From Takakia lepidozioides (lineage: Eukaryota; Plantae; Bryophyta), in assembly GCA_030704615.1 (NCBI GenBank), contig CM060732.1, positions 37,262,001 through 37,326,000 on the forward strand: 64,000 nt of DNA, given 5' to 3'. Each line of letters opens with the position of its first letter. The first letter of the stretch is position 1. The notes under the pieces were generated by a model. The model did not search any database. It saw nothing but the letters and a program-made list of their open reading frames with translations, and was not told the DNA's origin. Shown in pieces: positions 13,470 through 23,559 of this stretch. Position numbers and translations under genes: made by a program.

Positions 13470-14900
13470 ACGGAAATACGGCGCCGCATTTCCGTATTGC
13501 ATCTTGGTCATGCACCAGAGCGACGGAAATGCGGCACCGAGTTTCCGTCCGGGGAACCTTTATACTCTCCAGAACGGAAATGCGGTAACGCATTTCCATC
13601 CAGCAAGCACCATGGAACGTGGAACGGAAAGTACCGCATTTCCGTTCTGATTGAGAATTATGAACAACGGGAACAGAAATGCGGCACCGCATTTCCGTCC
13701 GAGTCGCACTTTCCGACATTCCTTTTGAGTCTCCAGAACGGAAATGCACGCATTTTCCAACAAGCACGGTATGTGAAGGTGGAACGGAAATGCGGTACCG
13801 CATTTCCGTTCTGATTGAGAATTATGAACAACGGGAACAGAAATGCGGCACCGCATTTCCGTCCGAGTCGCACTTTTCGACATTCCAGAACGGAAATGCG
13901 GCGCCGCATTTCCATTTTGTATCTGATTGGAGCCGGTTCCGACCGCTTGCGCAATTCCGACCAGACATTCATCCAGAACGGAAATGCGGTACCGCATTTC
14001 CGTTCTGACTGAAAATCGTGAACCATCGGAACTGAAATGCGGCAGCGCATTTCCATCCGAGTCGCACCTCCCAACATTCCAGAACGAAATGCGGCACCGC
14101 ATTTCCGTTCTGATGAAAAATGAAACATCGGAACTGAAATGCGGTACCGCATTTCCGTCGGAGTCGCACCTTCCGACATTCCAAAACGGAAATGCGGCGC
14201 CGCATTTCCGTTTTGTATGTGAGGCATGGAGCTGTGGAACGAAAATGCGGCACCGCATTTCCGCCAGCGTCAGACCTTAATACTCTACAGAACGGAAATG
14301 CGGTACCGCATTTCCGTTCTGACTGAAAATCGTGCGCAACGGGAACAGAAATGCGGCACCGCATTTCCGTCCGAGTCGCACCTTCCGACATTCTCGAACG
14401 GAAATGCGGCGCCGCATTTCCGTTTTGTATGCCTGGAACGGAAATGCCGCATTTCCATCCATGTGAGACCTTCAAACTTTCCAGACGGAAATGCGGCACC
14501 GCATTTCTGTCCAGGTGAGACCTCTATACTTTCCGAACGGAAATGTGGCACGGCATTTTTTCATCAACAGGGAACGGAAAACCGCATTTCCGTTCACATT
14601 GAAAATCATGAACCACGGGAACTGAAATTTGTGCCTTCCGTCCGAATCGCACCTTTCGACATTCCAGAACGGAAATGCGGCGCCGCATTTCCCTTTGTAT
14701 CTCATACATGGAGCTGTGGGACGGAAATGCGGCACCGTATTTCCGTTCAACAACTAAGGTATGTGAAGGTGGAACGGAAATGCGGTGCCGCATTTTCTTC
14801 CAACAAGTACGGATGTGTAGCTTCGTGATGGTACTTAACGGAAATGCGGCGCCGCATTCGCATTTTCACTCCAACTCATCAGACGCTGGGACGGAAATGC
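13470..14900. repeat. Array of ~25-30 copies (~52-bp spacing) of the palindrome GGAAATGCGG-NN-CCGCATTTCC between the two divergent genes of element B
   Basis: A perfect 22-mer at 13892-13913 and a perfect 34-bp palindrome at 14182-14215. The linkers fall into a few recurring types. Confidence 0.95.
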
Positions 14901-15204
14901 CTTGAAATGTGAACACGTGGAGCAACGGAATTGGCACATGTCGGCACTCTATCTGACTGAAGGGCATGAGGCGGCGCGGCCTGACCGTTGGATAATGATG
15001 TTTGTTTTTCGGACGGCAGGCGTACCTGAACGATTCGAATTTCGTAATGACGCAAACTCCACGAGGAGACACTTTTCGTCCAACCCTTTCGAACCCAAGT
15101 GGTGCATCACCGCCGTTTCATCTACTTTTGTCGTGTCTCCTCAGTCACCCCTCTCGCGCCCTTTCCATCTGCACTCTTTGCCCCTTTTCCCTCTCTCTGT
15201 TCTT

Positions 15205-18200
15205 ATGCTCGAACCTGAGAGGGGGGGAGTTCGTGCACCAGACAGGAGACCTCGTCGCAAGCTCCGAAAATTATACTTCGGACGTAGGCCAATGCCGAAG
15301 GGGAGGAAGCAGATGCGTCTACAGGAGGAGATTGCCATCTCCGAGCAGCAGGCCACTCAGGCAACCCAGCCACCAGTGAGAGCTCCATGCGATCGGGGCT
15401 GCGCGCAGCTGATCGAGCACCGAACCCCCCATTTTGCTTCTGTAATTCTTACTGAATGCTAGGAGACTTGAATGCAGAACATGTTTGCATGCCTAACAGG
15501 AAAGGTGGACGTGCTGGAGGGATCGCAGGAATCCGAAGAGCCGCAGGAAGAGTCCGAGGAGCTAGCTGCAGCACGTACACCCACCCGATCCCCGAGCGCG
15601 GGTATTCCTGCCGGGCCTAGCCCTGTGCGATTCAAAGACGCGTCTTCGAAGGGCAAGTTCAAAGCCCAGAGATCGACTCGCGTTTCGGTCATGGAGAATC
15701 GCCAGCAGGGGTCGGGCCCTTCTCCAGCAAAGTCGAAGAAGAAGCAGCCCGTCCCTCTACTGGCTTCTGAACCGGCTCAGGCCGATTCACCCCCCAACGC
15801 GAATGAAGCAGGAAGACAGATTCAATTGCAGCAGACACCTTCACCTGCAAGGATGAGGAAGCAGAAGGCAATCAGGGCGACGGCCGAACAATCTCCCGCA
15901 AAACCGCTTCCACGAGCTGAAGCTCAGTTCCTGGAGGATTTCCCGCCTGCAGATGTTGGGGCCGACTCTGCTGCAGCGAAAGGCAATGGGATCGACCGTT
16001 GATCTCGATTTGGTACCGGAGGAGGGTGCTGCCGCTGAACGTTCGGCAGACCTCACCACCGATGAGCAAGCAGGCCCGGAGGAGGCCTCTGCAATGGCAG
16101 AATTGCCCGCACACAGGCCCCAGAGTGCAGCTCCAGTTGAGGATGCTCCAGCTGCTCAGCCACTACCGGCACCTACAGACATGTCTCCGGAGGATTTCAA
16201 AAGTGCAGCGGATAAAATGTTGGAGGAGACACACAGTAGCATTGGCAGAGTTCTGGGCAGCAGGGTATTCCAGCGGACTCTTCGAATCCCACTCTGTCGC
16301 ATGGTCTCCCTTCCCATCGTCAGGCAGGCCCTTCCCGGAGATGTGGATAAGCTCAAGTTCGCATTTCGAGAAGGGTACCGTCTGGGATCGGCAGCGTTTT
16401 ACGTTTCCATTGAGAATGAGGACGGCGAAACTCGTGGACCCACTGCCGATGAATTGTCAACGTGGGATACCCACTGGCACACTCGCAACCACGAATTCGA
16501 GGCGACGCAATCCGACTTCGGCCATATGTCGGGTAAAATGTTCTTTGTGTGGGACGGGAATCACCGACTTCTCGCCTGGTGGGAGTACATCAAGCAGAAC
16601 CATGCCAAGCACATTGGCTGGCATTACATGGTGGAGTGTGTCATCCTCAAGGTGAAGGCGGCAGACTCCTCCCTCAAGAATGCCATGGCGGACCTCAACT
16701 CGTAAGATACTCATACCCTCCCTAGCACGTTCGAAATGCGGTGCCGCATTTCGGTTTCCATTCTGGTTTGTTTCCGTGCTTCCGTGTACTGAACTGGAGA
16801 GTGTGCCTTGCAGGGTCACTGAGAATGCGTACGTGCATACCCACATGGCACATATGCTGTACAGGGTGAGGAAAACTGGTCTCACTGATCCGCAGATGTT
16901 TGCGGAAATGCTGGAGCCCGAGCTCATTCAGAAAGCCGTTGCAAAAACAGACCGGACATGGTATCGTCTCACTATGGATGGAATGGTGGAGGTGATATAC
17001 GAAGTAAGTCGTCCTCCAATTTCCCTCTGCTCATCCTTCCCCAATTTCCAGTAATCTTTCCACATGAATCGAATGTAACGCTTCTGCATGTTTTTGTTGG
17101 CAGTCAAACATCAAGCTGGATTTGGCCCATGCCAAACGCTTCTTCATGGAAAGTGAGGGGCAGGTCAAAACGTTGCAGTCATTGACTGAGCACTTGAAGG
17201 AAGCCGGTGTCAAGTCCAGAACCAAATACAAGTCAAAGCTTGTGAAGCTGGTGGCAATTGCAGATCGGCACTTGGAAAGGACTTCATCCCCGAGATTGCA
17301 AAACACTATTCTCGGGCCATGCAGCCGACCATGCAATTGGAGAAACTGCATCACCTCTCAACGGCATGTGTGGAGGCGAAAGAGAAGGTGAGGTTTCAAT
17401 GCACTGAAGTTCCTTCCTAGCAATAGCCACTCTCTTCCACTGACATTGGATCGGAAATGGCAGACACGGTGGCTGTCGATCTGGAATGCATCCGAGAGCA
17501 TAAGGACAATGTGGTCTTTTCCACTGGAAGTTTCCGACCCTGCAGTGGATGTGTGGCTCAACCGCATGACTTGGTGGTTCCAGGTAATTCAAGGTACTTC
17601 CCCAGATTTGCTTTTCTGACATGAATTCCCTGAACTGCTACGTGACAATGCATTTGGGAATCGCAGGTAATGTCGAATGCGAAGGAGCAAGTCGTAATGC
17701 ACACAAATTCGTTCGGCTTGTACGTCAAATGGGATGGAACACAGACATTGGAAGACTACGTGACACGTTTCAGATGTGCGTACAAGGACAACCTTTTCGC
17801 CAGAGCTACAGACAGCAAGAAGGAGCGTGGAGTTTACACATCAGGAGGGAGCGGGGAAAGCTGCAATGCGAATTGTTTACAGGTGAAGCACAGCTGCCCT
17901 TGTATGCGAAGCCTGGTTACGAGGTTTGTCTCGGAAATGCGGCACCGCATTCGCATTTTATGTTTTCGGTGGCACTCTGCCAGTAGGTTGGTCTCAATTT
18001 TGCTCACGCATGCTGACTGCCTTGCAGGTATATGAAATACGTGCTCCTTCAGACAGGGGCCCTGGCTCAAGAGCCCCCGTTCTTCATGGCTTGGACCGTG
18101 GCGGGCCCAAGCTGTGTCTACACACCCGAGATGCAGAAACAATGGCATCCCGCGCATCTCGTTGGATGCCCGTGGTACCTGGATGTCTGGCGGTTGTTGA

Positions 18201-20331
18201 CGAGTCTGAGAAAAGATCTGCACGCCTTGGCAGAAGAGAAGAGAAAGGAAAGACGTGTCCCTGCTGGCCAAAGTCGGCAAAGGATCTGCTGCTCTGGAAG
18301 AATCAGAAAGGCAGCTGAGATGGCACAAAAGAGGTGGATGCAGCTGTGCAGGCCCAACAGAAGGGGTCGAAGAAGAGGACTCGCCAGCAAGGAGCAGCTG
18401 TTGTGACCCCGCCAAAACGAAGAAGCAGAAAAACAGCTGTTCAGGAAGAGGGTGACGAAGAGGACTCCGATGGAGATTTGCAACCAGCCACCCCAAACGC
18501 AGGCTGCCTCCCTGTCCTACAGTTGTCACGAGAGGCACGAGAACTGGCTCGGCAAAGAAAGCATCTTCAACCCCCAGGGGCGCACCCTTTGAGCCGGTGG
18601 AAATGAGGAGGCGAAGTGGCTCCCGAAACAGTAGTCCAGTGTGTAAATGAGAGTTTCTTGGCGCTTTGTGATGGACGGGCAGCCAAGTTGGCATACATGA
18701 AGACCATGGAGGGTCTGAAGGGCAGAGCACTGAAGAAGGCGACTGCCGAAGAGCCTTCCGACACCCCAGGATTTCAGGAATATGGTCTCGTTCTTTGTGA
18801 GGGTGTGTGCAGACAAGGATTGTAGGAGGGGCGGAATGCCACCCGAGGTGGTCTTGCGATATGATCATCTTGGATATTCCGGACGGAGAGCCTGTGGAAG
18901 GACTGCAAGCTTTGCCCATCTTGGAACAGGAAGGTACTCGGAGGACTTTTGGAAGAAAGGATTCGGGCTTGCCCGCATGGTGTTGGACGACAGAAGGCTG
19001 TGTGGTTGTCTTGGCGAGCAGAGGAAAAAACACTCAGACAGGAATTGCGAAGTGGACCCGCAAGAGCGCCGTCCGATGCATCAACACACGGGCTTCGGTC
19101 GGAAGGAAGAAGGTGATTACGACAATGGCACTCGTCCATTGTTTGCTTGGGGGTTTTCAAATGCGGGCCGCATTCGGTTCTAATCGTTCCCCCCTGTGTA
19201 TGCAGACGAAGCAGTTCGATGCATACTGCTTTGTGAAGGAGAACTCCACCTTTGCTTCCGGAAGGAGGGAGGAAAGGTGACCCGAATGCACCCCCGATTA
19301 CGACGTTCTGTCAACAACGTTCCCAAGGAACTTCCCCTCATAGCCTCACTCAACGGAACCCCTGCGGTACTCACGGACTCGGAGCCCTGCCTTCATTCAG
19401 ACAATTATGGGGACATGCAACAGACGTGGAGGGCCAGTGCTGGACCTCATCTGTGGGACGGGTATGAAGAATCTTGATCTATGCTGTTCTGAAATTTCTC
19501 GTTATGATGTAGTTCGCACATCTGAAGCGCCATTTGTAATGTGTGGATGGCATTGTAACAGGTGCCTCAAATGTGGGCTGGGCGGTTTCCGACCGGCACC
19601 TCTTGCCTACGGGAGGATTCATCCGTGTGGGGATCCCATCGGGAAGGCTGCAACGGAATGTTAAGGCTCCCAACAGAGCGGAAGTCTCCTCGGATTCGTC
19701 GGAGTCCGAGGAAGACACAGTGAACATGATGCGGAGGAGAACCCGGAATACGAGAGTGAGTGCAAACATTGTAAGTTTGCAAAAGCTTCTGGGTCATTTT
19801 TATCAAACGAATTTCCGGACTGTGGTTCTCATTAGTCTCGTTGTGATGATTGTCATGTGCAGGATTACAGGGTCCGGGTCGAAATATGTAGGGCCTACAC
19901 TTCCTGTAGGAAGAATGTCCCGTTCTTTGCGAAGGCCGACTTTCATGACGAGCCCGGTGAGGGACTACTCCCTTCCTAGTTATGCAGCTAAACTCGCAAA
20001 TACAGCGATTAGAAGAAGTGAGAATCCAGTAAAGTAGAGCAGATTTTGGAGGGGGGCTAGGAGGACAGAAGGATAAGGAAAGAGTTGGCAGCAGCTCAGA
20101 CAGGTAGACGGGTACGAAAGTACATATGTGATTCAGCGGATGAGAGCGACGCAGACAGGGCGGAAGACGACCCAAACGGAGGTGAGATGGACAGTTCCGC
20201 AAGGGGAAGATGGGATTTTTGAAAGCCAAGCCAACGAGCAGTCCGCTGGAGATGAGAAAGGCAATGAGGGGGTGGAGGCGGAGCAGGATAGTCTAGAACA
20301 GGATGAGGATTCGGATGATTTTCAAGATTAA
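15205..20331 (+). pseudogene. Element B multi-exon ParB-like + beta-class DNA amino-methyltransferase-fold gene (frameshifted as assembled; start approximate)
   Basis: Low-complexity N-terminus; IPLCRMVSLPIVRQ..MFFVWDGNHRLLAW (16280-16580); middle exons homologous to A (RWLSIWN/KWLQIWN; WHPAHLVGCPWYLD/WGPDHLSACGWYLD); DMIILDIPDG (~18858-18887); RSPAFIQTIMGTCNRRGGPVLDLICGTG (19380-19461); intron 19462-19561; GASNVGWAVSDRHL; acidic tail. Confidence 0.8.
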
Positions 20332-20464
20332 TAGAATTTTAATGAAGTCTCTGTAAATGTAAATTCTCTTCCAGAGTATATAAAGGAAATTCTCCCCGAC
20401 ATTCGTGACCCCTCTCCAGTGTGCATTCCAGCCACACAATCGCCCAAACCACGACGCTCCCAAA

Positions 20465-21190
20465 ATCAGAAATGGGGCACCGCATTTCCAAAATTTTGGC
20501 AACTCTAAAAACCTCTTTTGGAAATGCGGCACCGCATTTCCAAAACAGGGGAGGGACTAAATTTTCCATTTCAATGTTGGCATAGTAAAAAGTAATCGGC
20601 CGATTGGAAATTCGGTGCCGCATTTCCAAAATTTCCTTTGTCCACACGCCAGTTTAGGCCTCTCCCGCTCATTTCATGGATGCCACCACGCTTACAGAGG
20701 TCGAACAAGGAGGTCGAGATGGCGGAATTGGAAATGCGGTGCCGCATTTCCATATTGGGGATGGTCGTTGTTCGAACTGCAGGCCCATCAGCAAAAATTG
20801 GCACCGCATTCCATTGTCAAAAAAAAGTCGATGACGGACATGGAAATGCGGCGCCGCATTTCCAGAACGGACATCGCAATTTGTCCATTTGCAGACCCTC
20901 TACGGAAATGCGGCAACGCATTCCATCGCGCTGGTCGGAAAGTCACACTTTCCGAAGTGTTTGGACGGAAATGCGGCACCACATTCCCTTGTCAAAAAGA
21001 AGTTTCCATTGCCAAGCTGGAAATGCGTCGCCGCATTTGCAATGCCAACCTCGTTGTCTGTCCAATTTATAGACCCGTGTTGGTATTTCGTGTACCTGGA
21101 CGGAAATGATGCACCGCATTCCATTGTCCGACACTGAAATGCGGTTCATACATTTCCATGTCGGCATTGGAATGCGGCACCGCATTTCCT
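20465..21190. repeat. Second cluster (~12 degenerate copies) of the element B palindrome, downstream of the ParB-MTase gene
   Basis: GGAAATGCGGCACCGCATTTCC and variants near 20520, 20606, 20729, 20842, 20904, 20967, 21019, 21102 and 21170. Confidence 0.92.
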
Positions 21191-21417
21191 TGTCCGACAT
21201 GGCGTTACTCTGGTATATTCTTGACACATGACTCTCATACCGGTTACTCTGGTATATTCATCCGGACACACAAATTGTAGAAATGAGACGTCAAATTGTA
21301 AACAGTGGGCCAATTCCGACAGTTATTCAACAGAATGAAACACAATCACACAGAAGTGAGGTACGATGGGTTTATTGATCGGACACGATGTCTCACATTT
21401 ACCAACTGCAGACAAAA

Positions 21418-22064
21418 CTAAGCCCTTCCTCCTTCTACATGGGCTTCACCAAGTCGACGGAACTTCGATACCCTCAAAACAAGCTCATTACTGCTGCGGC
21501 ACCTCGAGGTAAACTGCAATTTGGTCATTCTGCTGCCCTTGCTGGAGCCGACGACAATGTCATGTCCATCAATGATACCACCATCATACATTGACAAGGT
21601 CACTGTGGGCCTCATGTGCCCGTGCGATTCATCTTCGCAACTCAGCCAAATGTCTCCATACACTGGAAGAGCGGAGTGATCTGCACGTGTATAGTTTTCC
21701 CCGGTGCTGTCCTCCCTGGTCCACTGGCAGAGCGCCAAAGCGAGGCCGTGCGTGATCTGTCCGGCATCCTATTCCAGCTTGGTATATCGAGGTCAACAAT
21801 TTTCAGGACCCACGGACCGCATTGACCCTCGCCCTCACCTCGCTCAAAGCGGTAATAGCCCTCCAGATACTCCATTGCGCGCAAAGACTCTTGCTTGATT
21901 CCAGCAGCGTCTGTGAAAACAGAGAGCCAGACAATGATGTCTCCTGATTCTGGTTTGAACATAGCATAATCGTGGCCATGATAAGGGCAGTCGGCTGGAG
22001 TATGCTGGAAAAAGAGTAGCGGAGTACGCTCAATGACAGCAGCTCCCGGATGGAGGAGGAGCAC
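21418..22064 (-). pseudogene. Unknown cargo protein, paralog 1 (one frameshift near 21740)
   Basis: DCPYHGHDYAMFKPESGDIIVW..EYLEGYYRFERG..PWVLKIVDLDIPSW..PVYGDI..YDGGIIDGHDIVV aligns with ORF 22387-23049. Confidence 0.75.
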
Positions 22065-22386
22065 CGCGGTGGCTGGAAAAGTTCAAGCTAACGCTGCAAT
22101 TCCTCACAAACACTCCAGGGCACATTTAAATTTCCCCCCTACAGGATCCTGGACCGATGAAGATTGGCTGCTGCATGAATGTAGTCGTTTCAGTTTCCTA
22201 CCCTGCCATGCAAACTATGGGCAGTCACTGCCAGGTGGGCCGATAGCCACTGGACACGACGAAGTCCATCCCCTCTTCGATGTAAATGCGGCGCCGAATT
22301 TCCATCCGGGGGGATGGACTTCGGTGGCAGATCTCAAACTATAACTTGTTGATGAGAAAGATGTATGGGTTCATCCACCTTCGTCG

Positions 22387-23049
22387 GTGGGTACGTGGGA
22401 CCCAGATGCTCCATTATTGGAGGCCGGACTGCTCTTCCGCTTCGCATCATTTCCAAAATCTAAGGGCTTCGTAGCTGTCCGCAAGGTCATTGTCATCGGC
22501 ATCCAAGTCGTCCTCAGGTCCTCCTTTGCAAGGATGCCGTGCTTCCGGAACCGGGACGACTGCCCATTTGGAGGCATCGATTATGCAATGTATTCGGCCA
22601 CATCGGGAGACATTGTTATCTGGTACACAGATTACAGAGAAGATACTGGTTCGATTGTGGGAACATTGGTGGCTTTTGAGTATATCCTAGGCCACTACGC
22701 CTTTGAGCGGGGTGACGATCTTGGTCTGAGGAGTCCGTGGCTCCTGTGCATCCTCGATTCCGATTTTCCCAGCTACGACGGTCACCCATGCAGAAGAAGG
22801 CGCACTGCTATGCTGTTGCGGTGGAACTGCTGCCACTGGACGTGGGTGGACTCCATCGGAGAGACCTATTCTCCTGAAGGAGTGCGCTCCTCTTCTCCAT
22901 TGTATGGGGACATTCGCATTGGTGTGGATGACGAAAACGTGAAGATTTCCATATTCGATGGTGGTATGATTGAAGGGCAGGACATTGTGGTGAACATCAC
23001 TAGGGGCGGTACAACGGCTGCAATCGACTTTACCTGGAGAAGCCCATGA
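22387..23049 (+). CDS. Unknown cargo protein, paralog 2 (true start probably ~22535)
   Basis: Open frame DCPFGGIDYAMYSATSGDIVIW..EYILGHYAFERG..PWLLCILDSDFPSY..PLYGDI..FDGGMIEGQDIVV, homologous to the divergent neighbour. Confidence 0.75.
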   Translation: MGTWDPDAPLLEAGLLFRFASFPKSKGFVAVRKVIVIGIQVVLRSSFARMPCFRNRDDCPFGGIDYAMYSATSGDIVIWYTDYREDTGSIVGTLVAFEYILGHYAFERGDDLGLRSPWLLCILDSDFPSYDGHPCRRRRTAMLLRWNCCHWTWVDSIGETYSPEGVRSSSPLYGDIRIGVDDENVKISIFDGGMIEGQDIVVNITRGGTTAAIDFTWRSP

Positions 23050-23477
23050 CTCATGAGCTAGTTCTGAGAGCAGTCGGAGTCCCATTGACAACGTGACTTG
23101 TATTCAGTAGGCACAGGGCTAAAGATTTGATTGCACAATCAGCACAGTAGACGTGCTTCAAATGCAATTCATGTGGATCAATAAAAACCTCATTGTGCCC
23201 TCTTTTTATTCTATTCTGTGTCCATCGTTCCGAGAATGCGTCATTGCTCATTTCGTTTGGGATTGGGAGTGTGGGTGGATTTTGCAAGTGGCTGGTAGGC
23301 TGAAATGGGCCCCCATTGTACAGAGCAGTACCACCCTTCCATTCGCGAAACATTGCCTTTCAATATATAATTCTAAATAACATTGCCGAACCTCCTTCAT
23401 CGGGAGGTCCTTCTCCCCCTATGACTGTGGCACCCTAAACCCTATTCCCGCGGACACTCATTTCCGGAAAATAGTGC

Positions 23478-23559
23478 TGCTCATGTTTTTTTCCACACTT
23501 ACGACTCTGCTCATGGCTCATGCCGCTCATGGCTCATGGCTCATGAAATAGCAGCCCCC
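23478..23559 (-). repeat. Right TIR and subterminal GCTCATG repeats of element B
   Basis: GCTCATGGCTCATGCCGCTCATGGCTCATGGCTCATGAAATAGCAGCCCCC. Confidence 0.9.

Larger units (their letters stand above)
8612..23559. mobile_element. Element B: ~15 kb full-length TIR DNA transposon (MULE-like)
   Basis: Left end GAGGTTTACTATTTCATGAGC and right end GCTCATGAAATAGCAGCCCCC are imperfect inverted repeats with CATGAGC subterminal repeats. A direct repeat AAACAAGG flanks the element at 8604-8611 and 23560-23567 (7-9 bp depending on where the TIR is started). Removing B restores the host frame RGEPLFPPEEEEK. Confidence 0.92.

Noticed and set aside
13470-14900. CRISPR array, or the many repetitive ORFs (EMRCRIS/RKCGTAF/GNAAPHF)
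   Set aside because: Linkers recur in a few types; the ORFs are six-frame translations of the palindrome.
17834-19033. 399-aa minus-strand ORF
   Set aside because: It is the antisense shadow of the plus-strand ParB-MTase exons and has no motifs.
15205-20331. Bacterial or phage contamination
   Set aside because: The gene has GT-AG introns at conserved positions and lies inside a TSD-bounded plant transposon, contiguous with plant genes.
23051-23353. 100-aa minus-strand ORF with CADC near the B right end
   Set aside because: No homolog in the window and no motif support; cannot be distinguished from a chance ORF.
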